Below, one piece after another: positions 1 to 12,899 of a stretch of DNA of 64,000 bases. How positions within the stretch are numbered: position 1 is the first letter of the stretch; each line of letters opens with the position of its first letter. The DNA comes from Octopus vulgaris. Taxonomy: Eukaryota. The stretch lies in NCBI GenBank assembly GCA_951406725.2, contig OX597816.1, positions 11,098,001 through 11,162,000 of the forward strand. Reading direction: 5' to 3'. The notes below the pieces were generated by a model that did no database searches, was not told the DNA's origin, and saw only the letters and a program-made list of their open reading frames with translations. Position numbers and translations under genes: made by a program.

Positions 1-185
1 TGGTGTCTGTAGCAACACATTATGCACAAGTTCTTCTTTACTTCTCCAAGAGTGGCCAGCAAACCTCAACCTCCTCTCTTGGATGGTTGATGAGAGAGTT
101 GGTACATTCCCATATAAACGTTGTTTTGTTGGTTGCTTCCTCCAAGAGATGTTGAGCACTGCACGTAACATCCTGGTGTAAGTAA
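1..185 (-). mobile_element. RTE-clade LINE ORF2 C-terminal fragment
   Basis: Reverse strand translates TYTRMLRAVLNISWRKQPTKQRLYGNVPTLSSTIQERRLRFAGHSWRSKEE, the typical post-RT RTE motif (RRLRFAGH). Confidence 0.8.
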
Positions 186-568
186 CCAGAATGTTACCTC
201 TTTCTAAACATAGTAATATCTCCCCAGGGCCTGACATGTTTCCATCTACCAAATCCACTCACAATGCTTTGGTTAGGTCAAGGCACCTTCAACACATGTC
301 AAAGGGGTCACATGGTGAGTGGAACTGAACCTGAAATTAAATGGTTGGAAGTGAACTTCTTAATCACACAGCCATGGCCGTGCTTACCATTAAATACATG
401 CATACATATTTGTGTATGTGTGTGTGAAGAATATGAGAGGTTTAGTTCACCTGTGATCTAAATGAATAGGTACGCTGAGTAAGTGCTATAATTGGCCTAC
501 TGTTAGGTTCCAAATCCCAGCTAAGGTTGGATCTAGGGATCTGTATTAGGGTTCTGTTATAGCAGGTA

Positions 569-728
569 TATATTATATTGGAGGAAAAACAAAACCAAGG
601 TAGATTGAGTATCTCAAGTCATTTAATTAGGGTAACGTGAATTTGAAGTCTTACCCTAATTGAATAATTCTAAATGGCTTGAGATACTCATTCTTCCTTG
701 GTTTTGATTTTTTCTCTAATATAATATA
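569..728. repeat. Imperfect long inverted repeat (arms about 569-635 and 651-728)
   Basis: tatattatattggagg...aaaaccaagg...tgagtatctcaagtcattta..attagggtaa pairs with ttaccctaat...taaatggcttgagatactca...ccttggtttt...ctctaatataatata. Confidence 0.85.
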
Positions 729-761
729 TTTTATTTTCTCACCCTGTTTATTTCTGTGTTC

Positions 762-797
762 CTTTCTATCGAAGGGCACAGGCTTAAAATGTAAAAG
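762..797 (+). ncRNA. Degenerate Penelope-type minimal hammerhead motif
   Basis: cttt-ctatcga-a-gggc-acag-gctt-aaaa-tgta-aaag. Same family and 3' flank as the better-preserved copy at 23956-23991; core is mutated. Confidence 0.45.
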
Positions 798-929
798 ACG
801 TTCTCACTTCCTGAGTGCTAAACTAATACATCTCTTCTAACAGAAAATATAGATTACGCTTCCCCTATATTGCCTAATAAATGTGAGGGGAGATCGATTC
901 TCTGAATTACGCCCCCATTTGCTTTAAAA

Positions 930-1000
930 CAGTGCTTTGCAAACTTTATGAGGCTGCTGCTCCCTTGACACCCAGGCCTCAATCCTAGCACCCCCACCCC
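930..1000 (+). mobile_element. Possible hAT (Charlie-like) terminal remnant
   Basis: cagtgctttgcaaacttt resembles Charlie TIRs (CAGTGNTTCTCAAACTTT); no partner end found. Confidence 0.3.
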
Positions 1001-1204
1001 AACCAATTATCACAAACATAGACCCCTTTCTGAAGCAAATTCAAAGCAACTGTATTTCACAAATATAACTTAACCTAATATGATGGGCTTCTTTCAGTTT
1101 CCAACTACCAAATCCACTTTGGTCGGCATGATTGCCCAAAGTGACACACAGTGGGACTGAACCCAAAGCCATGTGGTTGGGAAGCAAGCACTTCTGACCA
1201 CACA

Positions 1205-1255
<51 letters not shown>

Positions 1256-1407
1256 GCACACACACACACACACTTACACATGTATGTATGCATACACAAA
1301 CATCAAATTAACTAATTAAGTTCAAATATTCGATTCCGTATTCTTCCAGAGATGAATTTCATTTATTTTACACAAGAGGGAAAAGAGTATCTTTCAGAAG
1401 AGCAACT

Positions 1408-1790
1408 GTGATGATGATGGTGATGATGGTTGTGGTGATGGAGCTGGTGACTGTGCTGATGGTGGTGATGGTGGTAATGATGGTAATGGCGGTAGTGGTG
1501 GTGGTGGCGATGAAAGTGTATGGTGGTGGTGGTGGTGGCATCGTTGATGGTGATGTTGGTATTGTTGTTGTTAGTGGTGTGGTAGTGATGGTAGTGACGG
1601 AGGTAGTGGTAGTGGTGGTGACATCATCGATGGTGTTGTTGCTGTTGTTGGTGTTGTTGGTGGTGGAGCTGGTAGTGGTCATGCCAACGTCAAAGTGAAA
1701 AAGTAGGCGTGGTGAAGGAAGAAGTGGAGTAGGAGGAGTAGGAGGAGGAAGAGGCAGAGGAAGAGAGGAGGAGGAGGATGACTATGACAC
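1408..1790. repeat. Degenerate (GTG/GAT)n then (GAG)n low-complexity tract
   Basis: Trinucleotide-derived sequence producing poly-V and poly-T pseudo-ORFs. Confidence 0.85.
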
Positions 1791-2209
1791 TAGTGACATT
1801 GGGTGGCACCCAAAGGGGCGCTGATAAATGCGATGTTCATGTCTGTGGTGTGGTTTGTCTATTGCTATCATTGTTATTGCATTACATAGATTACATTTTT
1901 TTTCTTTTTGCAATTAAAAACACAGTAATTACTTTCCTTCATAATATTATTAATTAAAATAGATAATTTATTTACCATATGTAATATACTGTGTATCTAT
2001 ATCTATGTCTATCTGTTTATATGTATATGTGTGTATATTTATATATACATATATACAAGAATTACTAATAAAGAATTACCAATCTGGGCAAAATTCTTCA
2101 CAAGCCCATCGTTAATACAAATACACAAGGCTAACAAAAGGTTTTCAATTTGGTGTAGAATTCCTGGAAATCCCAAGGCAAGATCCGAAGTTGAAGCCCA
2201 TCCCCTGTC

Positions 2210-2635
2210 ATCATCATCATTTAATATCTGCTTTCCATGCTGGCATCGGTTAGACAGCCAGACTGGAACTAGTAAACTGAACAGCTGCACCAGGTTCCAG
2301 TCTGATTTGGCATGGTTTCTATGGCTGGATGACCTTCTTATTGCCAATCACTCCAAGGGTGTAATGGGTGCTTTTTAAGTGCCACCAGCATAGATGAAAT
2401 TTACATGGCACCAGCAATGGTCACGACTGCGATTCCATGGGTGCCATTTAAATGAGACTGGCAACAGCCATAACTATGGTTTCACTTGGCTTGATGAATC
2501 TTTCCAAGCACAGCATACAACCAAAAGTCTCACTCACTTGTCATTGCCTCTGTGAAGCCCAACATTTAAAGAGCATGCTTCACCAACTCATACCTCACCT
2601 CCGTGTGGCCCAACATTTGAAGATCATGCTATCAG
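2210..2635 (-). mobile_element. RTE LINE 3' end (ORF tail plus 3'UTR, (GAT)n tail)
   Basis: catcatcatttaa...ttccatgctggcat...gctgcaccagg...gctggatg..cttc.taa.gccaa motif shared by more than 12 copies in the window. Confidence 0.7.
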
Positions 2636-2671
2636 CAACAGCCACAAATACATTCTTGTAAGTCGATCGTA

Positions 2672-3069
2672 GGCGTAGGAGTGACTGTGTGGTAAGAATC
2701 TTGCTTCCCAACCACATGGTTCTGGGGTTCAGTCCCACTGCGTGGCACCTTGGGCAAGTGTCTTCTACTATAGCCTCGGGCCGACCAAAGCCTTGTGAGT
2801 GGATTTAGTAAACGGAAACTGAAAGAAGCCCGTCGTATATATGTATATATATGTGTGTGTGTTTGTCCCCCCAACATAGCTTGACAACTGATTCTGGTGT
2901 GTTTATGTCACCAAAACTTAGCGGTTTGGCAAAAGAGAAATCATAGGAATAAGTACTAGGCTTATAACGAATTGGTCCTGGTGTTGATTTGCTCAACTAA
3001 AGGCAGTGCTTCAGCATGGCCACAGTCAAATGACTGAAACAAGTAAAAGAGTAAAGAGTAAAGAGAGAG
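2672..3069 (+). mobile_element. tRNA-headed SINE family A, full length, with internal TA/TG microsatellite
   Basis: ggcgtaggagtgactgtgtggtaag (A-box-like), ggttcagtccc (B-box-like), cttgggcaagtg, tail aaagagtaaagag; more than 20 full or partial copies. Confidence 0.85.
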
Positions 3070-3171
3070 TATAAATCCATGGTTGCATTCCCCAGTTAGT
3101 CTGGTCCCTTTCACAGAGTTATGAGCAAGAAATGGCAAAAATTATGGGCTGTGCATGTTTCTTTATTTTCT

Positions 3172-3560
3172 TTTATCCGTTTCAGTCATTTTTGACTGCG
3201 GCCATGCTGGAGTACCACCATTTGTCGAACAAATCGACCCCAGGACTGATTCTTTGTAAGCCTAGTACTTATTCTATCGGTCTCCTTTTGCTGAACCGCT
3301 AAGTTAAGGGGACGTAAACACACCAGCATCGGTTGTCAAGCAGTGGTGGGGGTACAAACACAGTCACAAACACATACACCACATACACACGTATATATAT
3401 AACTACATATACAATGGGCTTCTTTTCAGTTTCTGTCTAGAAAATCCACTTACAAGGTTTTGGTTGGCCCGAGGCTATAGTAGAAGACACTTGCCTAAGG
3501 TGTCACACAGTGGGACTGAACCTGGAACCATGTGGTTGGGAAGCAAGCTACTTACCATAC
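3172..3560 (-). mobile_element. SINE family A
   Basis: Reverse complement of 2672-3069. Confidence 0.85.
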
Positions 3561-3625
3561 ATGCATTTTTGACTAACAGCTGTTTCTGTTATATTTTATG
3601 GGGGCATTAATTTTTCTTTCTGTTT

Positions 3626-4020
3626 TTTACTTGTTTCAGTCATTTGACTGCGGCCATGCTGGAGCACCACCTTGTAGTGAAACAAATTGACCCCCAGAAC
3701 TTATTCGTTGTAAGCCTAGTACTTATTCTATTGGTCTCTTCCGCCAAACCGCTTGTTAAGGGGACATAAACACACCAACATCGGTTGTCAAGCAATGATG
3801 GGGTGACAAACACACACACCATCACACACACACACCATCACACACACACACATATGTGACTGGCTTTTTTCAGTTTCCACCTACCAAATTCACTCACAAG
3901 GATTTGGTCAGCCAAAGGCAATAGTAGAAGACACTTGTCCAAGGTGCCACGCAGTGGGATTGAACCCCAGAACCATGTGGTTGGGAAGCAAGCTTCTTAC
4001 CAGACAGCCACTTATGCCTA
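3626..4020 (-). mobile_element. SINE family A
   Basis: Reverse complement of 2672-3069. Confidence 0.85.
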
Positions 4021-4759
4021 TGGTTAAGTTTACTGAATCACTGTATTGATTGACTGAAAAGTACTGAACAACCTTAACTCATATTTGCCCATAAAAAATT
4101 TCACTGTATTTAGATTGTAGGTGCAGTTATCTCCCTTGACAACAGGCTTAAACAAGCTCGCATTAGATGGCGCTTGAGCAGTGATTTTCTTGACAGGAGG
4201 CCTTGAGAATTCTTTTGGCATCTAGACATCAGAGAGCAAAGGCATGATCTAGTTGGCTCTCTTACAACTTCTGCCAGAAAGCAGACCTGAGGTAGCACAC
4301 AAAAGATAAACATGGCCTCGATTCTGTTCTTTATTATTCAGTTGTATATGTTGGAGACCTCGAGTAAAGGTATTTAAAGTTACAGCCTTGTTCTATATAT
4401 TTCTTTGTACCGTGTTCCTATCAAATGATATTACAGCCTTCTGAAGGCATCAACCTTTAAATGACTCCACAACCCTGATATGAACACTATCTAAAAGATT
4501 AAACATTATGGTAAGCTTTCACAATCTAGAAGGGAAGGACAGTATGCAACTGTTAGCTACAGGTGTTGACTACCTTCTGAACATTTAATATGTTCATTCA
4601 GGTGCTTCCCAACGAGTTCAAATCCAAACAAGTAGAAGCAGGTTTTGGTTTGCAAAAAAGCAACCAGGGGTATACATGGGTTAGCAAATGCTCTCCTTGT
4701 TTGAGCCCATCTGGTTGCTCAATTTATCTTAGTTGATCAATAGACCAGTTGAGTAAACA

Positions 4760-4980
4760 GAACAATGGTTTCAAGTTTTGGCACAAAGACAGTAATTTTG
4801 GAGATGAGAGTAAGGTGATTACATCGACCTCAGTTATTAACTGGTACTTATTTTATCGATCCCAAAAGGATAAAAGGCAAGGTTGACCTTTGCAGAATTT
4901 GAACTCAGAACATAAATAGCGACAAAATGCTACTAATAATTTTATCTGGTGTTCTACCGATTTTACCAGCTTGCTGCCTT
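4760..4980 (-). mobile_element. SINE family B, diverged
   Basis: actggtacttattttatcgatcccaaaaggataaaaggcaaggttgac core. Confidence 0.75.
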
Positions 4981-5436
4981 ACAGACTATTATATATTAAA
5001 ATGAAATCACAATAAAGCGACAACATTGAAAGAAAAGAAGGGGTGAACAGTGGAAATAACAAATTAAAACCTGCACCTAAAACAGAAAATTGGATTAAAT
5101 TTTGCCCATTTTAATTTCGAATAATGTAATGGAATAAATGATGAGTTCCTCTCCAATGAATAAAAGCATGAATAAAATATAAAATCTTCATATTTTTGGT
5201 GCAATTATTGTCTGACAATTCAAACTACAAGCATTCACGAAAAAAGCATTATAAATTATATACACTGACTATATACACACGTGTATTATATACACACACA
5301 TATATATATATATATATATACACCTACTGATAGACAGGTATTTATATAAAGACAGTTTAAGTGCTCCGGTATATTAATATTTTCTCTAGTAAATTTTTAT
5401 AAATTTTGAGTTGTGTTAACTAATATATTCAAAGCT

Positions 5437-6150
<714 letters not shown>

Positions 6151-6367
6151 GTATATTGAATAAATGTGTTAAGGTAAATTGTCTGGCAGGCTAAAGAATT
6201 TATATAAATTGGAGTTAGTTTAGATATAGTTTCCTGATTCATCTTAACCACTTAAGAAAATAATGTTTCCTTCCAAATAAAATTACTTCTGCTTAGTGAT
6301 AAATTGCTTGCTAAATAAGTTATTGCAGGCTGATTGCGATTGTTTATAGAGGAGAATACAAATATAT

Positions 6368-6381
6368 TACTACTACTACTA

Positions 6382-6449
<68 letters not shown>

Positions 6450-6468
6450 GCTGCTACTACTACTGCTA
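6368..6468. repeat. (CTA)n microsatellite
   Basis: About 30 CTA units. Confidence 0.9.
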
Positions 6469-6747
6469 GCAATAATAATGTTAATTTACAGTGCCTCTGG
6501 TATTTAGTAAATTACAGGGTATGATAAATATCTCTGGAGATTCACCACACGTGGAGAAAGTTAAAACAGAAAATGCATTAATTCATGCCACATTAATGGC
6601 TGAGACATAAATGACAAGTGCTTAAATGCATAAAGATGCCATTATAATCTGCTTCGTTTTTACTTGCACTTCATGGATGACCGTGTATAATATGGGACAA
6701 CCATGTATAATATGGGACAACCATGTATAATATGGGATGTTTTTTTT

Positions 6748-7201
6748 TATTTCTTTACTGCCCACGAGAGGCTAAACATAGAAGAGACAAACAAGGACAG
6801 ACAAATGGATTAAGTCGATTATATCGACCCCAGTGCGTAACTGGTACTTATTTAATCGACCCAGAAAGAATGAAAGGCAAAGTTGACATCGGTGGAATTT
6901 GAACTCTGAACGTGAAGACAGATGAAATACCACTAAGCATCTCGCCCGACATGCTAATGTTTCTTATTTTTTATTTCTTTATTGCCCACGAGAGACTAAA
7001 CATAGATGGGACAAAGAAGGACAGACAAAGGGATTAAGTCAATTACATCGATGCCAGTGCATAACTGGTACTTATTTAATCAAGCCCGAAAGGATGAAAG
7101 GCAAAGTCGACCTCAGCGGAATTTGAACTCAGAACGTAACGGCAGATGAAATACCGCTATACATTTCGCCCGGCATGCTAATATTTCTGCCAGCTAGCCA
7201 C
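6748..7201 (-). mobile_element. Two tandem or nested SINE family B copies (tRNA head, Nin/Deu-like core)
   Basis: Reverse strand ggcgagctggcagaa..gttagc...gagttcaaattcc...gactttgcctttcatcctttcggggtcgat...aagtaccagtt; flanked by duplicated ccatgtataat(a/g)tggga(t/c)gttttt (TSD). Confidence 0.85.
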
Positions 7202-7519
7202 TACCATGTATAATGTGGGACGTTTTTCTGTCTCAATCTTTGATGTTGCTTAGCCTGGTGGTTAGGGTGTTGTGCTCATGGTCATGCGATTGAGGTTTCA
7301 ACTCTTGAACCAGGTGATGCATTATGCTCTTAGATAAAGCATTTTGTCTCATGTTGCTCTGTGATCATTTCGGATGTGTGAGATGCTTTACACCTGTTTC
7401 TGGTACTGTTGATTTGATGGAGGAAGGGAGCTAATGTTCAGCCAAAACATATATATACATCCATATATTGCTGAGAAGGCAGTGTGTTATGAACTTTTAC
7501 TCTATACTCTTTAACTTGT

Positions 7520-7910
7520 TTACTTGTTTCAGTCATTTTGACTGTGGCCATGCTGGAGCACCGCCTTTAGTCAAACAAGTCAACCCCAGGACTTATTGTT
7601 TGTAAGCCTAGTACTTATTCTATCAGTCTGTTTTGTCAAACTACTAGGTTATGGGGAAATAAACACACCAGTATCTGTGTCAAGTGATGTTAGGGAACAA
7701 ATACAGACACACAAATGCACACGTGCACACACATACACACACACACACACAAATATGATGGGCTTCTTTCAGTTTCCGTCTACCAAATCCACACACAAGG
7801 CTTTGGTTGGCCCGAGTCTATAGTGGAAGACACTTGCCCAAAGAGCGATGCAGTGGGACTGAACCTGGAACCATGTGGTTGTGAAGCAAGCCTCTTACCA
7901 CACAGTCATG
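7520..7910 (-). mobile_element. SINE family A
   Basis: Matches family A consensus. Confidence 0.8.
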
Positions 7911-7959
7911 CTGGAATTCTAAACAGTTTTTACAGGTATGGCTGTGTAGGCTCGGTCAT

Positions 7960-8295
7960 GGCTATGTGGTAAGAAGCTTGCTTCCCAACCTCATGGTTCC
8001 AGGTTCAGTCCCACTGCATGGCAAATGTGGTCTGCTATAGTCTTGGGCCAACCAAAGCTTTGTTAATGGAAGCTGAAAGAAGCCTGTTGTATATATATAT
8101 GTATATGTTTGTGTCTCTTTTTCTCCCCACCATCGCTTGACAACTGATGTTGCTGGGTTTGTTAGCCCATAACTTAGCAGTTCAGTAAAAGAGACCGATA
8201 GAATAAATACTAGGCTTACAAAGAATAAGTCCTGAGATTGTTTTATTTGATGAACAGCAGTGCTCCAGCATGGCTGCAGACAAATGACTGAAAGA
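7960..8295 (+). mobile_element. SINE family A, internally deleted
   Basis: Matches family A consensus. Confidence 0.75.
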
Positions 8296-9508
8296 ATGAT
8301 AGATTGAAAGAATACCAAGTTTATTCCCATGGCACAGGTTGGCCTAATTCTATAGTAGAAAACACATGCTCAAGGTGCTGTGCAGTGGGACTGAACCTGA
8401 GACCATGTGGTTGCAAAGCGAGCTTCTTAACCACACTACCACGCTTGCAGAGGTAATAAAAATTCTTGAAATTATTTTATTGAAATTAATTACATTAAAG
8501 GAACCTCTGTTGAAATGATGTGATGAGCATGTTAGAATATTGTTTATTTATTTCACCATCACCCCAAAAAAATAATTAAATTCTAAATCCTCTTAATTAT
8601 ATTTAAAGAAAAAAACACACAAGAAAGCCTAATAGATCCTCTAATCTTCTCAATATAAATCCAAATTTTTATGTTTGAACATTGCCTTTTAATGTAGAAA
8701 AAGTGTTGCCTGCCATAGGAATTTTATCTTTGAGGTGAGCCTTGAGTTGGTAATAATATTCTAGGAAAAAGCAATACCAAAATTTAAAGAATGCTATTAC
8801 CATCTTTTTAATGCAGTTTTCCTTTTTTCTCAAAAAAAAAAAAAAAAAAAAGGTTTGAATTCTTGATGAAACATGCATTAAAATAGTTTTATTTCAGAAC
8901 TGATAACAGTATAGTTGCATTATTTTATTTCTACAAGGTTGGAAGCCATTAGAATGGTTTGTGCATGGGACAAAGCTTTCAGTGGAATTTCTTCTGGCGT
9001 TCTCCATTCTCAGTTCGAATTTCACAGATGAAGATTTTGCATTTCATTCTTCCAGGGTTGATAATATAAGTATGTGTCATGCACTTGGGTCAAAGTAGTC
9101 AACTCCTGTAGGTGCAGGAGTGACTGTGTGGTAAGAAGCTTGCTTCCCAGCAACGTGGTTCCAGGTTTAGTCCCACTCTATTTTATGACCAAAGTGCGTT
9201 CTTTTCTTAGGTGGCATGGCGGTAGTGATGGACTATGTTTAAATTGCGAGTTTTAAAAAAGGGGAAAAACGGAACACAGAAAAACAAATTTGGTATGATG
9301 TATAAAAAGTAAACCTACTAAAAAGGTGGACGCAGGGACAGTTAACTATGTGAACACAAAGACATGGAATACAATATTTTTTTAACAACACATAAGCTAA
9401 AAACTGGTAGGTGGCAACAGTATGAAGGAGATAACTTAATTGAGTATGAGGACAATGAAGAATTTCAACAGGAAGTATGAAGTTCGAGCAATAATGTACG
9501 TCAAATGG

Positions 9509-9975
9509 TCATCATCATCATTGTTCGACCGTGGTCAAGACAATGGAATTTACCATGCTACGCCAGACTTCACAGTCCCTCATGGCATTACGGAGGTCCT
9601 GTTGCTGGATGCCTGTATCCCTGGAGATTACATCAGGGTAGGAGAGTGTGCGCCCTCTGGTATCGCGAGCAGATGGCTTCCAGAGGAGAAGAGTAGAAAT
9701 TACCTCTTTTTCAGCTCTACAACAATTTCCAGCAAACTGGACTCTCTTACCTTTCACAAGAGATGACACAGGTGGTAGTTTCCCATATATTTGCACTTTG
9801 GTTGGATGGCGCTTCCACGAGAGATTTTGAGCTCTCATAAGGAGGCGAGTGTAGGTTCCAACCGCCTCTCAAGCTTCTTTGATAACGTCCAGGTTTCTGA
9901 GCCATATAGTAGAATTGGTTCGACTGTGGCTTTGAAGATTTCAAGTTTGAAATCTACTTAGATTTGATGACCAGA
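9509..9975 (-). mobile_element. 5'-truncated RTE-clade LINE (frameshifted ORF2 C-terminus, (TGA)n tail)
   Basis: FYYMAQKPG (shifted YGSETW region), then MRAQNLSWKRHPTKVQIYGKLPPVSSLVKGKRVQFAGNCCRAEKE...DCEVWRSMV; tail directly after the stop. Confidence 0.85.
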
Positions 9976-10129
9976 TCTTATGCATGTCAAATGGTAGGCC
10001 TAACCTTTAAGCCGAAGCACGTATCAGATATGCTCAAAAGTGCATCAATAATTATGATTTGACCCTGGCATGATCAGGTGAACAGTGTTCCACCAATGAA
10101 ATTCAGTTAAAGAGTTAATTGGACGGATT

Positions 10130-11295
10130 CATTACAGTGGACAATCAATAGTGATCACATGCATAGGTCAAAGGTCATGTTCACTGCTCATCCCTAATTG
10201 GTAGACCATAGACATAAAGTCATTAAGGAAAATGGTGGTGAAAACAGGGCCTTATAATCGTCAGAAATAATGAGGGAGGAGGGGAAGTGAGTAAACACTG
10301 AGGAGGTGGTAAAAGCAAATAAGAGGCTGAAGAGGCAGGGCATCATGGCCATAGGCAATAATGGGGGAGTGGGGTTTAAGCAAACACTAATGTACACAGA
10401 TCAAAAAAGTGGGGGGGGTGCATTAATAGTGTTCACCCCCATATGTCAAAGGTCATGCTCGCAGTTCACCTCATGTCATCACACCATGAGCAGAGGGTAA
10501 TTAAAGAGAATATGTGCTGAAGTGGGGGGCATCACGACTGTAGGCGATAATGGAGGGGGAGTTAGTTGAGTAAAACTAATGTACATAGATCAAATAAGCA
10601 AGGTAAAACTGCCCCACAACCCTTGACGTGTAAGTAAATGGTAGATGTTGTAAGCAAAAATCTAAATTTAATCCAGTGAATGGCAAATTTAATGCGAATA
10701 AACTTGACAAAATATTGGTTTAAAACAATCAATTAAGCATGAGTAATATTCTTGCCAAATCTGGAGCAAATTGGTTTTGGAACTGTGGAAGTTACTGGCA
10801 AAAAAAAAAAAATAAACGAATTTTATGTAGTTATTCACAGGCACTTCCCATTCAATGTGAACTGACTTGACAAAAACAAATTTAAAACAATTCTTGAAGC
10901 ATGAGTAATGTTTGTGCCAAATTTGGAGGGAATTAATTGGAAAATGCGGAAGTTATTGGCAAAAAACTTACTTTTACGCAGTTATTCATGGATTTTTTTA
11001 CAATTAATGAAGAGGACCTTGACAAAAATTGTAAGCAAAAACAATTCTTGTGTCATCAGTAATGTTCGTGTCAAATTTGGAGGAAATTGCTCGAAAAACC
11101 AGGGAGTTATGGGCAAAAAACTAGTTTCCTGAACAGTTATTCACAGTCTTTGGTTATAAGGGGTTGGGGGTGGGGTCTGGAGAATATAAAGTAGGTCATG
11201 ACTGCCCTTGGAGCATAAGCTGTCAGTGTGTCAAGTTTGAGCAAAATCGGTTGAAAAATGTGGAAATGCATAACATGCATACACACACAAAGACA
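10130..11295 (+). mobile_element. Putative Helentron/HINE-like non-autonomous element with internal tandem repeats
   Basis: Two related blocks about 190 bp apart (10339, 10528). Three units of about 155 bp start at cttgacaaaa (about 10702, 10866, 11018). Ends with caagtttgagcaaaatcggttg...acacacacaaagac. Confidence 0.5.
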
Positions 11296-11514
11296 TTCTT
11301 TCATTTGTTTCAGTCATTTGACTGCAGCCATGCTGGAGCACCACCTTTAGTCAAGCAAATCGACCCCAAGACTTATTCTTTGTAAGCCTAGTACTTATTC
11401 TATCAGTCTTTCTTGCTGAACTGCTAGTAACAGGGACGCAAACACACCAGTGTTTACAGTGGTTGTGAAGCGATGGTAGTGGTGGTTGGAGCAAATACAG
11501 ACACACACACACAC

Positions 11515-11560
<46 letters not shown>

Positions 11561-11595
11561 GATGAGCTTCTTTCAATTTCTACTCACAAAGCTTT

Positions 11596-11726
11596 GGTTC
11601 TCATTCCTAAGGTATTATTTTTCTGTTATTATTATCATTATTATTATTCAGGTCACTGCCTGAAATCGAACTTGGAATCTTGAGGGTTAATAGCCTGCAC
11701 TCTTAACCACTACTTGTGCATATGCC
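11596..11726 (-). mobile_element. tRNA-like head plus (AAT)n of an HHR-bearing short element
   Basis: Reverse strand ggcatatgcacaagtagtggttaagagtgcaggc...gttcgatttcaggcagtgacctgaataataa...aaaata..ccttaggaatgagaacc; overlaps in sequence with 12788-12946. Confidence 0.65.
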
Positions 11727-12384
11727 TGTCAAATGTAAATAATGTGTTCTTTTTGCTTGTTTGTTTGTGCACATGTGTGAGTGTCAGTGTGCATGTGTTT
11801 ACACATCTGTATGTATTTATGTATGTATGTATACATGGATGTATTTATGTGTGTGTGTGTGTATATGCATGTATGTGCATGCACATATATATATATGTAT
11901 CCATGTGCATACATTTGTACATTTGGGTAATTTTATTGTCATTGTCAAATTATTCCAAAGAATATAAATTTTATATTTGTACTCTTGCTGTGAACTACCC
12001 TCTTTTTAATTTTTAATTCGCATTTAAATGTTTATAAATACATACATATGTACCATTATTATTATCACAGGGCTAGTGCCACATAAAAAGCACCCAGTAC
12101 ACTCTACAAAAGTGGTTGGCATTAGGAAGAGCATCCAGTTCTAGAAAAGAATTAATATAGACAGCCATGTGAAATGTGCTTCCAAAAAGGAAAACTATAA
12201 TTCTCACAAAATGTGACCAAGGGTGTTAGAATACCTACGTTGATAGAAATGAGAGCTAAAATGCTGACTAATCAGTATAAATAATTCTTGACAGGTGATT
12301 TTGGGCAATTACAGCCCCTGTCAGTATATATTCTTTTATTTGTTTCAGTCATTTGACTGTGGCCATGCTGGAGTATCGCCTTTT

Positions 12385-12775
12385 ACCCTTTTACTTGTTT
12401 CAGTCATTTGACTGTGGCCATGCTGGAGCACCACCTTTAGTCGAGCAAATCAACCCCAGGACTTATTCTTTGTAAGCCTAGTACTTATTCTATCAGTCTC
12501 TTTTGCTGAACTGCTAAGTTACGGGGACGTAAACATTGGTTGTCAAGCGATGTTGGGGGGACAAACACAGACACACAAACATACACACACACATATATAT
12601 ATATACATATATACGACGGGCTTCTTTCAGTTTTCGCCTACCAAATCCACTCACAAGGCTTTGGTCAGCCTGAGGCTATAGTAGAAGACACTTGCCAAAG
12701 GTGCCACGCAGTGGGACTGAACCCGGAACCATGTTGTTGGTAAGCAAGCTACTTACCACACAGCCACTCCTACGT
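12385..12775 (-). mobile_element. SINE family A, full length
   Basis: Matches family A consensus; an extra 3' fragment lies just upstream at about 12335-12383. Confidence 0.85.
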
Positions 12776-12853
12776 CTTATTATTAGTAATAATAACATCG
12801 AAAAATACCAAAAATACCTTAGGAATGTGAACTCAGGTTTGAAATTTCCCTAA

Positions 12854-12899
12854 GACACCTGATGAAGCCTGGAGGGTATATCAACCAAAACGTTATGTT
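12854..12899 (+). ncRNA. Degenerate type I hammerhead motif within short element 12788-12946
   Basis: gacac-CTGATGA-a-gcctg-gagggtatat-caacc-aaaa-cgtt-atgtt; palindromic AACGTT helix III; GAAA mutated to AAAA. Confidence 0.6.
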
